Below are positions 19,717-28,023 of a DNA stretch of 31,529 bases, piece after piece. The DNA is from a virus (lineage: Duplodnaviria > Caudoviricetes). How positions within the stretch are numbered: position 1 is the stretch's first letter; every line of letters starts with the position of its first letter. The stretch spans positions 1 through 31,529 of the IMG/VR virus record IMGVR_UViG_3300012940_000075; one strand, given 5' to 3'. The translations under genes were made by a program, and so were the position numbers. The notes beneath the pieces are model-generated. The model ran no database searches, was not told the origin of the DNA, and worked only from the letters and a program-made list of their open reading frames with translations.

Positions 19717-19748
19717 CAAAAAAAGCAGCACTAAGTGCTGCTTTTTTG
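19717..19748. terminator. Bidirectional intrinsic terminator
   Basis: A7-GCAGCAC-TAA-GTGCTGC-T6 between convergent genes. Confidence 0.9.
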
Positions 19749-19767
19749 TTGGGCGTTTTGGGTTGGA

Positions 19768-20271
19768 CTATTTGAGACCTGGCGCTTCATAACCAGACAT
19801 GCGCAGGAGTGTAGCGGCCTTCTCGTCCACCTCGTTTTCTACGCCAAATCCAGCACCGTATAGCAGGGCCGTTGCTTCAAGCTGCTCTTGCTCGCCTTTG
19901 ATCTTTGCAATGCGCACCATATCAGCAGTGTACAATGCATAGTTCAGTTCACCTTCTTTTGCGGACTTAACGAGTTCCCGCAAAATGGAGGCAGCGGCCT
20001 TTTTGTCGTCTGCTTTGAAGGCAAACACAGGCTTCTTGTTGTGCCAAAGAACGATGGGAGTGCGGCCAAGTTTAGGACGGACGAAACCATCCTTGTACAT
20101 GCTAATCTTGCCCTTGGTAGGCTCTTCTTTGCCCATCAGGACTGCAATGTTCTGTTCCGCTGCTTCTGTGAACTTCAAGATGCGGCGAGCATCCTTAGAT
20201 ACCCGTTCGCGTGTCTGACGAGCAGGCTTCAATACCGCAACGTCAGTAACTGCATTATCGAAAAGACCCAT
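19768..20271 (-). CDS. Hypothetical basic protein (possibly DUF6641-like)
   Basis: Start MGLFD with GGAG RBS; PKLGRTPIVL...ILRELVKSAKEGELN pattern; family assignment from memory only. Confidence 0.55.
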   Translation of the reverse strand: MGLFDNAVTDVAVLKPARQTRERVSKDARRILKFTEAAEQNIAVLMGKEEPTKGKISMYKDGFVRPKLGRTPIVLWHNKKPVFAFKADDKKAAASILRELVKSAKEGELNYALYTADMVRIAKIKGEQEQLEATALLYGAGFGVENEVDEKAATLLRMSGYEAPGLK

Positions 20272-20337
20272 TTTAAAGCTCCATGTAGTGTTGCTATCTG
20301 AACCAACTCTAGTTTCGGCTTTAAAATGGGTCAATGG

Positions 20338-20871
20338 TTATTTCTTGTGGTTATCGAAAATTTCGATAAGCGTTTCTGATGCAGTCTCAAGAATGCGGCT
20401 TTTGTGATATGGCTTCAGTTGGTTCAACAAACTTGCAACAGTCTGTGCAATCTCCTTAATTTCATCATCGCTGTATCTGGTGTCCATCTGCATCTTGTGG
20501 ACATATGAGAAATCTGGTTCCTCTGGCTGCTCTTTCTCTGCAAATATCCTGTCAAATATCGCCTTACGGTCCACAGCCTCGCTATGGTCGTAGTATTTTG
20601 ATGTTGGCAGGTCTAGCGTGATGCCTTCTGTGATGAGCTTGTTTTTTAGCTTCATATAGTGGCGCTCTGTGATGCCACCCCACTTGAAAGTTGGGTTGTT
20701 GCTCGCGGTCTCTAGAAGCTGAGCTAATGTGTTCACTACAAACTCGTCTGGTTCGTCTACTTGGTCGCAGTAGAGTTTGATGCAGGAAAAAATATCCTCG
20801 ATGTCTTGTTCCGTGAACTTGCAGGATGGAATTGATGCGCCTTTGCGGGTTGTTTGTGTTTCGATTTTCAT
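20338..20871 (-). CDS. 177-aa protein, candidate divergent T4 gp55-like sigma factor
   Basis: AAGGAGG RBS; SNNPTF...KLITEGI...L.....YD........AIFDRI aligns by eye with gp55 / sigma region 2; similar length to gp55. Confidence 0.45.
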   Translation of the reverse strand: MKIETQTTRKGASIPSCKFTEQDIEDIFSCIKLYCDQVDEPDEFVVNTLAQLLETASNNPTFKWGGITERHYMKLKNKLITEGITLDLPTSKYYDHSEAVDRKAIFDRIFAEKEQPEEPDFSYVHKMQMDTRYSDDEIKEIAQTVASLLNQLKPYHKSRILETASETLIEIFDNHKK

Positions 20872-20929
20872 GGTGAAAACCTCCTTGTTAGTGTGTTCAT
20901 ATGTATTTATCTTTTTTGCTGTTTTCTCT

Positions 20930-21013
20930 AATGAAATACGGGCGAAGATTGCTCTATCGCCCGTATCTCTGAACACACTGCACAAGGCAGTATTTCGATT
21001 TAGTTACGTTCTC
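20930..21013 (-). ncRNA. Candidate antisense small RNA / alternative leader
   Basis: ATAAATA at 21019-21025; contains CCTTGTGCAGTGTGTTCA, complementary to downstream leaders; ends in hairpin ATACGGGCGA/TCGCCCGTAT. Confidence 0.5.
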
Positions 21014-21024
21014 GTATCTATTTA

Positions 21025-21570
21025 TTACACACCAATAAACGTAACGTTTGGAACTGTGCCTGGGATTCGATACGAAATTCTCATCTGTATGACATCAACT
21101 TGTGCGGGCCATCCAGGTGTAGATGACACGTATGAGACTTTTAATTGGGTTCCAAAAAACAGGCCATTGACGTCTTCTGGTGTTAGACCTGCATTACCGC
21201 CAATGGCATAGTTCGCAAACATATACGTGGGCTGCCATAGGTCTGGTTTTGCCAAATTGTCACTTTCAACTACCACCGATGTTGTGCCTGTATATACTTC
21301 TGAACCAATATAAAGAGAGTAATCTTGTATAGCATCTGGACCGCCAATTCTCTTAACTCTTGCTTCAATGTTGTCTATGACGGCGTTCGTTGGGATATCG
21401 AAACCAAAACCGTATACAGATAATCCGATAGAATGTTGGCCAGTTGGCAACTGTACTTGAGAAGCGCCTTCACTGTCTTCTACCAAAGCCCATCCAGGAT
21501 TGTTCCAACCGAAGAATTCTGTTCCAGTATTTTTTGCTTCTGTGCCATTGGTCCATGCGGTCGTTACCAT
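21025..21570 (-). CDS. Beta-sandwich fibre-associated protein
   Basis: FGFDIPTNAVIDNIEARV...VDVIQMRISY jelly-roll-like pattern; follows the fibre gene. Confidence 0.6.
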   Translation of the reverse strand: MVTTAWTNGTEAKNTGTEFFGWNNPGWALVEDSEGASQVQLPTGQHSIGLSVYGFGFDIPTNAVIDNIEARVKRIGGPDAIQDYSLYIGSEVYTGTTSVVVESDNLAKPDLWQPTYMFANYAIGGNAGLTPEDVNGLFFGTQLKVSYVSSTPGWPAQVDVIQMRISYRIPGTVPNVTFIGV

Positions 21571-21573
21571 CTC

Positions 21574-23259
21574 TTACGACCTCGCACAGGTGAGTTTGAT
21601 GCTAACGCCTTCTGCGCTGCTATTAGATGATAGGACTATAGAAACAGCGTCGCCCGCACTAACGGAATTAGCTGCTGTCGCAGTTTCAGTATCTTGGCTA
21701 CTAGATAATGACAATCCTGTTAGGCCAGTTACGGGTGTTCCATCAATCTCAACAGACGCACTAACAGTTCCTGATGATGTTACAAAATATGCAGATTCGA
21801 TGGTGTAAGCGAATGATGCATATTGATCGATTGCGTAGGTGCCGTTTTCGCCCAAGGGCAACGTAAACTGGATACCAAATGAGTTTAAGCTATCGACATA
21901 TGCCTTTGTGGCTGCATCTTGGGCATTGGTTGGATCACCTACGTTTTGTATCCTATTTGTGTTGGTATATATGTCTGCTCCCGGTGTTCCAAGAGTTACG
22001 AATGGTGCTGACATGCTTATTCCTGCTGTACTTACAAAACCGAGGGTGCCGCCGCCAACATCTTGGAACTGGATACCGCCAGAGCTTTGGTTCGCAAATA
22101 TAATACCACCAGTTCCGGCTGTATTTTGTCCTTGCACTATAGCAATGTAATCGTCACCTTCGGCAGTAATTGCAAATCCGTTTAGATCAAGATCACCGCC
22201 TAACTGTGGGCTAGTGTCATCAACTAAATCTGTCGCAATAGTGTCAGGCACCCATTGGCTACCGTCCCATACAAGTGCTTGGCCACTTGTCGGTGACGAC
22301 GAGCTTGTATCTACGTCGCTCAAATCGTCGATGGATGATGGAATGCTAGGCGTATTTGATAGGTCGCCATAATCGCCTGATGTAGCTACCGTTGCCAATG
22401 ACGGAGCACCTGTTAAATCGCCATATGCGCCACTAAACACATTAGCATCTACATATGCCTTTGTGGCTGCATCTTGGGCATTGGTTGGATCGACTAAATT
22501 GACAACTTTGTAGCTGCTCTGAGCATCAAGGTTGCCGCCTAACTGTGGTGAGGTATCTTCAACAACTGCTGAGATGCCACCTGATGCAACATCATCAGGC
22601 ACCCATTGGCTACCATCCCATATGAGCGCTTGGCCAGTCGTAGGAGCTACAGTGCTCGTATCTACGTCGCTCAAATCGTCGATGGATGATGGAATGCTAG
22701 GCGTATTTGATAGGTCGCCATAATCGCCAGTTGTTGCGACTGTTGCTAGCGAAGGTGTCCCGCTCAAGTCCGAGTAAGCACCTGTCGTTGCAACCGTAGC
22801 CAAGCTTGGCGTGCCTGAAAGGTCACTATATGCGCCAGAACGAGCAACAGTTGCTAAGGTGTCTGGCACCCAATTCGAACCATCCCAAGCTAGAACGTCA
22901 TCAACGCTTGCTGGATTCGAAACAGTGTCTACGTCATCTAGGCTGTCTATTGAGATATCGACAACGATAGACCCCAGCTCGGCCGGAACCCATTGGGATC
23001 CATCCCAAGCAAGAACGTCATCCGTTTGAGGCGGTATAGAGCTAGTGTCTACGTCTGACAGGTCATCGATGGAAACTACCTGCGATCCACCACCACCAAC
23101 CTGAGATTTTATATCTGCCCAAGAAATTTTGAGCTTGGAGTTGGGGTAGGAGTTTGTTCGCTCTACAACGAACAGGTCTGTATCTTGTAAGCTGTCAGCC
23201 TCAACTAGAGGCTCAAACAAGCTCTTATAGATATAGTTCCCATAGATGATGCTGGACAT
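21574..23259 (-). CDS. Second fibre protein (head or tail fibre)
   Basis: Four IDDLSDVD..P..(GQ/DD)xLxWDGSQWVP-type repeats, LATVATTGAYSDLSGTP repeats, DTSPQLGGNLD motifs, two DPTNAQDAATKAYVD. Confidence 0.85.
   Translation of the reverse strand: MSSIIYGNYIYKSLFEPLVEADSLQDTDLFVVERTNSYPNSKLKISWADIKSQVGGGGSQVVSIDDLSDVDTSSIPPQTDDVLAWDGSQWVPAELGSIVVDISIDSLDDVDTVSNPASVDDVLAWDGSNWVPDTLATVARSGAYSDLSGTPSLATVATTGAYSDLSGTPSLATVATTGDYGDLSNTPSIPSSIDDLSDVDTSTVAPTTGQALIWDGSQWVPDDVASGGISAVVEDTSPQLGGNLDAQSSYKVVNLVDPTNAQDAATKAYVDANVFSGAYGDLTGAPSLATVATSGDYGDLSNTPSIPSSIDDLSDVDTSSSSPTSGQALVWDGSQWVPDTIATDLVDDTSPQLGGDLDLNGFAITAEGDDYIAIVQGQNTAGTGGIIFANQSSGGIQFQDVGGGTLGFVSTAGISMSAPFVTLGTPGADIYTNTNRIQNVGDPTNAQDAATKAYVDSLNSFGIQFTLPLGENGTYAIDQYASFAYTIESAYFVTSSGTVSASVEIDGTPVTGLTGLSLSSSQDTETATAANSVSAGDAVSIVLSSNSSAEGVSIKLTCARS
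21896..22491. repeat. 41-bp exact direct repeat (21896-21936 and 22451-22491)
   Basis: ACATATGCCTTTGTGGCTGCATCTTGGGCATTGGTTGGATC occurs twice. Confidence 0.9.
22307..22728. repeat. 71-bp exact direct repeat (22307-22377 and 22658-22728) within longer imperfect repeats
   Basis: Identical sequence 351 bp apart, in frame. Confidence 0.9.
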
Positions 23260-23276
23260 TACTGCTTAGCCTCCGC

Positions 23277-23555
23277 TTAAGCTGAAACGTCGTCAGCAAC
23301 CCAAGCTGAACCGTTCCAAGTGAGAACCTGCCCAATTTCTGGTTCTACTGTTAGGTCCACGTCTGATAGGTCATCAATGGAAGCTGGTACGTTTAAGTTT
23401 GCCTTTAGCTGAGCACCTGTGATGCCATAGGTTTCTGTTCCGTGATCTGTATCTCTCTGAACGAGAATGTAATCTGTGTCTTCAATGCTGGTTACATCTT
23501 CTGATGTAAGGTCTTTAAGTTTGACCAAATTGGTCCAAAATGATGGATATGCCAT
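23277..23555 (-). CDS. Short fibre-related protein (92 aa)
   Basis: AAAGGAG RBS; one IDDLSDVD...GQVLTWNGSAWV repeat; N-terminus resembles that of the 561-aa fibre. Confidence 0.75.
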   Translation of the reverse strand: MAYPSFWTNLVKLKDLTSEDVTSIEDTDYILVQRDTDHGTETYGITGAQLKANLNVPASIDDLSDVDLTVEPEIGQVLTWNGSAWVADDVSA

Positions 23556-23612
23556 AGTTGTTTGCGACTCCTTTATAGAGTGCGGGAGACCCATTCTCCC
23601 GCCGCATACAAC

Positions 23613-23620
23613 TATTTATA
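23613..23620 (-). promoter_or_regulatory. TATAAATA late-type promoter of the fibre cassette
   Basis: TGCGCCTTTTATAAATAGTT, similar to TGCGCCTTATAAATAGTT at 12554-12571. Confidence 0.7.
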
Positions 23621-23630
23621 AAAGGCGCAT

Positions 23631-24794
23631 CTATTTTTTTGTTAGAGCATCCTTTGCGTCCGTCATATCTGCCTCGTTCAAATGTTTGTCTTTAACCTTC
23701 ACTTTCCCAAGAACGTAAGCAAAAAAGTCTGCATACTCCTCAATCCCATCGTCATAGGACTTATTCCAAAACGCGCGGGCTTCTTTTGGATCAAACTTCC
23801 CATACGTGTTGAAAACGACAAAACGACGATCATTTTCAGCAAACGTCAACGGATCATGACGGTCAGTGAACATCCATACGCTGGTCCAATTGCGCAAGTT
23901 CTCTGTTACAGTCGAACGTGGCATTCTAACCTTATAGTATGGGTTGCCAATTACACTCTTAAGCTTATCTAGCAACATCTGTTTGTTTTTCACATATCCT
24001 TTCTGTGTTGGGCCTACGGCGTTCACTTGATAGGCGCTGATATCATCAAAATACATCATCAAGGAATTGGACGTTCCTATGGCCGTCTCCTTCATCAATG
24101 TTTGTGGTGTTTCTGAACTGATATTCGACTCGCCTATGATATGGCGCATTATGTTTATCAATGAACCTTTGCCTGATCCTTCTGGCCCGATCATCAAAAA
24201 GCCTAACCGATGATGGTGCTTTGCTAGTTCATGCCGCTGCACAATCTTTGCAAGAGTGTAGATAAACTGGCGAACTGCTGGATATTGTTCCCAATGTCTT
24301 GGCTGCCTAACCCGCACACCTGTCCAATAGAATATTGCATCCTTCAACCAAGCGTTCATGCGTCTGGCCTTTTCAGCACCCATTGGAGGCTTGCGAGTTG
24401 GGTAGGTGAACGGTTTGTAGGTGTTCATAACCAACCCATTGTCATTGAAAAGAGCTTTCGCATACGGGTTATAGCCTGACCGCCCAATGTATGAGATTGG
24501 TGTCTGCCGAATGAGCCGCGCCGCTTGCTTGGTATTCTTTACCGTTTTCAGTTCTTTATGATGTGCCTCAAAAAACAGATGCACAACAACATCAAAGTTC
24601 TGATGTGTGCTTTTCTCACCGTCGAAATATAGGTAGTTGCTTTTCTGATATTTGTAGATATGGCGTTTGACAATCTCCATGTCCAATTTTATTGGGTCGT
24701 CTGCTTCTTCCTTAGCTTGCTGGTCTTCATAGATATTGTCCCATTCTGCCATTAGCTGCTCTAGCTGCTTTCTAGCTTTGCGTGGTCTGCCCAT
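23631..24794 (-). CDS. SF3 helicase / NTPase (DUF5906-like) without an evident primase domain
   Basis: Walker A GPEGSGKGS, Walker B MMYFDD, motif C-like WMFTD, NDRRFVV arginine finger. Confidence 0.85.
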   Translation of the reverse strand: MGRPRKARKQLEQLMAEWDNIYEDQQAKEEADDPIKLDMEIVKRHIYKYQKSNYLYFDGEKSTHQNFDVVVHLFFEAHHKELKTVKNTKQAARLIRQTPISYIGRSGYNPYAKALFNDNGLVMNTYKPFTYPTRKPPMGAEKARRMNAWLKDAIFYWTGVRVRQPRHWEQYPAVRQFIYTLAKIVQRHELAKHHHRLGFLMIGPEGSGKGSLINIMRHIIGESNISSETPQTLMKETAIGTSNSLMMYFDDISAYQVNAVGPTQKGYVKNKQMLLDKLKSVIGNPYYKVRMPRSTVTENLRNWTSVWMFTDRHDPLTFAENDRRFVVFNTYGKFDPKEARAFWNKSYDDGIEEYADFFAYVLGKVKVKDKHLNEADMTDAKDALTKK

Positions 24795-24836
24795 AGTGTG
24801 TTCTCCCTTTTTTTGTATTTATTTTATCCTTTTCTG

Positions 24837-24865
24837 TTGCCTTATCCTTTCTTTTGATATATAAG
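24837..24865 (+). promoter_or_regulatory. Putative sigma70 promoter
   Basis: TTGCCT - 17 bp - TATAAG upstream of the ORF at 24946. Confidence 0.5.
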
Positions 24866-24945
24866 GTTTCTCGTGCGGTGCCCATAGTAGCATCGCCTAA
24901 CTACAATAGGATATTTTATGACAATTTAAACATAGGAGTTACATC

Positions 24946-25353
24946 ATGCATAAAATTTCGAATATCGTATTTCTTGGTAAGAACATTGTGTTCAATACCA
25001 CTGAAATTGAACCAGATGAGGTTTGGTCTGTTATCCAAGACGGCTATGAAATTAGTTACGGCGCAGAACGTTACACTTGCATTAAAGCGATCTGTGACGG
25101 TTTTTTAGAGTGGTGTGAAAAAACCAAGGTGGAGCCAGAATTAGTTGATCTCAAAGGGTATATGGCAAACTTTGAAGATAACTACGTTTCTGTATATATT
25201 GACCATACAGTTATTTCTGTTGAAGACAAACTGCTTGTAAAAGTCTGCAACGAAAAAAATGTTAGTGCTGGTGATAAGCAAGCTGTATCAGAGGCAATTG
25301 CTATCTGCGTTGCAAAGGTGTTCGCTAAGCAACAATCCGCCGTTATCTTCTAA
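24946..25353 (+). CDS. Hypothetical protein
   Basis: AGGAG RBS, 135 aa, divergent from the helicase gene. Confidence 0.75.
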   Translation: MHKISNIVFLGKNIVFNTTEIEPDEVWSVIQDGYEISYGAERYTCIKAICDGFLEWCEKTKVEPELVDLKGYMANFEDNYVSVYIDHTVISVEDKLLVKVCNEKNVSAGDKQAVSEAIAICVAKVFAKQQSAVIF

Positions 25354-25364
25354 ATTTCCGTTGA

Positions 25365-25379
25365 GAACAGAATGAGAAC
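25365..25379 (+). promoter_or_regulatory. Alphaproteobacterial LexA (SOS) box
   Basis: GAAC-AGAATGA-GAAC matches GAAC-N7-GAAC and is intergenic. Confidence 0.75.
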
Positions 25380-25483
25380 ATGGGAGCATGAGCCCAAGAA
25401 TGGCCTTAGGTGGTCCATTGAGCGGGTATTGGGTTAACCCAGGGTCATAGGCCCAATACCCCGAGTTCAAAGGACATGCTCCC

Positions 25484-25720
25484 ATGCGTCTCTCAGTGAT
25501 GATACGGCACTGCTACTACGTGCAGGTCATATGCGACCCATGCAATCGCTCGACTACGTTCGATCCGCGTGAGCTGCTGGTCATGTTTGGGGATCATGAC
25601 CTAAACACCCTTCGTAAACGTTTCAAATGTAAGGTATGTGGCCGAAAAATGAGCCGCTACAGCAACGGCTATTCCCAAGAGCTAGACCCAAGGATACCGA
25701 AGAAGGGGGATAAGACATGA
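25484..25720 (+). CDS. Zinc-ribbon protein
   Basis: CDPC ... CKVC; AAGGA RBS. Confidence 0.75.
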   Translation: MRLSVMIRHCYYVQVICDPCNRSTTFDPRELLVMFGDHDLNTLRKRFKCKVCGRKMSRYSNGYSQELDPRIPKKGDKT

Positions 25721-26151
25721 AGAGACTCGCATCATGCATATTAGCTGGAGCTATGCTTGGGGCGCCTGTTTCTAAGCCGGCGCTGGCTGCTGATGCAATG
25801 CCTGACATATTCGACAGGTGTGTTGGGGACGCTACTAGGACTGGCTATCAGAGCATCCCATATACAGAGTTTCGTGCTGCTGACAATGCATCACAGGAAC
25901 TGGTCGTGATGGCCTGGCTGCAAGGTGTGATGACAGGGATTGGGCTGGTAGACAAGAATTGTGCTCAACAGCTTGCTACTTGCCTAGCAGGACCAGCAGG
26001 AAACATCTTGACCAAGATGATGGAACGGGTAGCAGAGCACTTTATAGATAGGTGGGATGAACCTAACACCACTGCATATTTCATGTTCGCTGGCATTGTT
26101 GATCCATGCTTGCGCGGATGGGTACCAGCTACTGAGGAAGACATAAAGTGA
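25717..26151 (+). CDS. Exported cysteine-containing protein (Rap1a-immunity-like)
   Basis: Signal peptide ending ALA/AA; WLQGVMTG..C..C..PC helical pattern; ATGA-coupled to the upstream gene. Confidence 0.55.
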   Translation: MKRLASCILAGAMLGAPVSKPALAADAMPDIFDRCVGDATRTGYQSIPYTEFRAADNASQELVVMAWLQGVMTGIGLVDKNCAQQLATCLAGPAGNILTKMMERVAEHFIDRWDEPNTTAYFMFAGIVDPCLRGWVPATEEDIK

Positions 26152-26160
26152 AGGCGGGTG

Positions 26161-26331
26161 CTACTCGTCACTGACCGTTGTTATATTATCCATTGGATAA
26201 TAGCATTCGGAACATATTACACGGCCATCGCTATATAGTCTGAAATCTATACTGCCACACTCGCACTGAAAGACGAATGGACCTTCTTCAACTTTCTTAT
26301 TGCGTTTTTTAAAATCTACTACTTCTCCCAT
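26161..26331 (-). CDS. 56-aa zinc-ribbon protein (MGEVVDFKK...CECG...CSEC), absent from the ORF track
   Basis: Translated by hand; GGAGG RBS. Confidence 0.7.
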   Translation of the reverse strand: MGEVVDFKKRNKKVEEGPFVFQCECGSIDFRLYSDGRVICSECYYPMDNITTVSDE

Positions 26332-26480
26332 CCATTATTTCCTCCAAACCACTTCTTGTTTAATTCTCTAAGAGATGCAGGCTTTGTTTCATCGTAAGTT
26401 CTCAAAGCCCACTTCACTTCGTGGAAATATTTTTTCCTGTCCACCAAAAACAATATTTCATACAGAACATCGCCGTTCAT
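26319..26480 (-). CDS. 53-aa hypothetical protein (MNGDVLYEILF...), absent from the ORF track
   Basis: Translated by hand; fills the operon gap. Confidence 0.55.
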   Translation of the reverse strand: MNGDVLYEILFLVDRKKYFHEVKWALRTYDETKPASLRELNKKWFGGNNGWEK

Positions 26481-26502
26481 CCATCATTTCCCCACTAAAA
26501 CC

Positions 26503-26823
26503 CTACACATAGGATTCAAACTCTCTATCAAATTTGATTTTAAAGGCTAAGAAGTCTTCTTCTAATATAAATGTGAAACATACAAACGGGCAGCAATCGC
26601 CATCAATATATGGGTCTTCATGATATTCGCGTCTGTCGAACCATAACCGCCACCAACCATTATTGGCTTGATGTCCTTCATGGTTAAACCAAATGTTATT
26701 GGCATCCTTATAATCGAACATCCAAAACCCTTTGCAGTTATCATCTAACCATGCAGCGTGTTCGGCGAATTCTGGCCCCATAACATCACTTCTGTATTTC
26801 TTATGTGCTTCGTTCATCATCAT
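26503..26823 (-). CDS. Hypothetical phage protein
   Basis: WLDDNCKGFW...FILEEDFLAFKIKF; coupled to the upstream gene. Confidence 0.75.
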   Translation of the reverse strand: MMMNEAHKKYRSDVMGPEFAEHAAWLDDNCKGFWMFDYKDANNIWFNHEGHQANNGWWRLWFDRREYHEDPYIDGDCCPFVCFTFILEEDFLAFKIKFDREFESYV

Positions 26824-27059
26824 TTCCCCCTTGCTGGTGCCTTCTTTGTAGGTCTCTTGGAGGATGCAGCTTTCAATGCCTCTATCTCATTGCGCAATGC
26901 CTCAAGCTCTTTGATGGCTGCTTGAAGCTCAATGGCTAGCATTCTGACGGATGGTATATGGAAGTTGCTATATACCTTCGGTGATGACCAATTGCGCAGG
27001 TCTTTCATATCTGCATTGGCTAAGTCTTCTAGTGTTTCAAATGTTTTTTCTTCTTTCAT
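26820..27059 (-). CDS. Hypothetical coiled-coil protein
   Basis: AGGAGGT RBS. Confidence 0.7.
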   Translation of the reverse strand: MKEEKTFETLEDLANADMKDLRNWSSPKVYSNFHIPSVRMLAIELQAAIKELEALRNEIEALKAASSKRPTKKAPARGK

Positions 27060-27092
27060 CCATTGTTACCTCCTAAGCTCATCAAGAAGGTT

Positions 27093-27527
27093 TTAAACCT
27101 CCTTCTTAACTTCTTCCTTCAATTGTTTCATTTCAGATTCTCTTCTTTTTTCATAGGCGAGATATTGTCTGAACTCTTTAATGTCGCATTCTCTATTGAA
27201 AACAATCTTATGATATGGCGTAACTTGCATGCCATACTGCTTTGGTCTGCCCAACCAATACGGGTAGTTTTTATCCACAAGTCTAAAGTGGATGCCGCTG
27301 TCATAGCACCAATGAGCCAAATCGCTCTTTTTAAACTCCTTCCTGTCTTCACTTTGTTTCTGTTTATACTCTGGCGTGTATGATACACTTATTTCATAAT
27401 ATTTTTGCAATACGTCATTGTATCTCTTAGCCCTATCTTCTTCAAACTTCTTAACCAATTCTTCTGTTGGGCATGGATCATTATCTTCATCCATATATTT
27501 CTTCCAAAAGTTCCAAATTGCCATCAC
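27093..27527 (-). CDS. Hypothetical phage protein
   Basis: AGGAGGT RBS; WC...F..E.D...F pattern similar to the 26503 gene. Confidence 0.7.
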   Translation of the reverse strand: MMAIWNFWKKYMDEDNDPCPTEELVKKFEEDRAKRYNDVLQKYYEISVSYTPEYKQKQSEDRKEFKKSDLAHWCYDSGIHFRLVDKNYPYWLGRPKQYGMQVTPYHKIVFNRECDIKEFRQYLAYEKRRESEMKQLKEEVKKEV

Positions 27528-27841
27528 TCGTTACCTCCTTCATTTACGGTAACATCCAAGCAATAGTATTGGGCATCGACATATTCCACATTGATATCTA
27601 ACCGGCTCACTAGATCGGGCGAGCAGGCTTCTTCAATCCATTGTGAAAAGCGAACTAGTACTTCTGGCATAACATTAGGATTGATGCCTACCACCATTAT
27701 GACGTTGCCATCCAACAAATGTGCTGTTGCACTGTTATTGATGATAGAGACGAAGTTCTGTTGCAGGCTATTTACAACAATGTCTGCTTCTGATGGGTAT
27801 TCTACTTTTTGATATGTCGTGGTGTGGGCGTCTTCTGACAT
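27524..27841 (-). CDS. Hypothetical phage protein
   Basis: Likely start MSEDA with AAGGAGG RBS after an ATAAATA box. Confidence 0.7.
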   Translation of the reverse strand: MSEDAHTTTYQKVEYPSEADIVVNSLQQNFVSIINNSATAHLLDGNVIMVVGINPNVMPEVLVRFSQWIEEACSPDLVSRLDINVEYVDAQYYCLDVTVNEGGNE

Positions 27842-27906
27842 CTGCCTTCCTCCTTGTAGTGTGTTCATTCGTATTTATTATTGGAGGCAGATATTCTTTC
27901 GATATG

Positions 27907-28011
27907 AAAAAAATGGCGGTTGGAAATGAGCAACCAACCGCCAAGTCGTGTTTAAGGAAATAACAATGTATATTAGGCGCATCAGATACTGGTGTCTGGA
28001 TGATGCAGCCC
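27907..28011 (-). ncRNA. Candidate small RNA (~105 nt)
   Basis: TATAAATA at 28017-28024; 5' hairpin GGGCTGCATCA/TGATGCGCCT; terminator TGGCGGTTGG/CCAACCGCCA + T7. Confidence 0.6.
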
Positions 28012-28023
28012 AATCTTATTTAT

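Noticed and set aside
21574-23259. DGR or invertible shufflon behind the fibre repeats
   Set aside because: No reverse transcriptase or invertase; repeats are direct, in frame and lack adenine-specific differences
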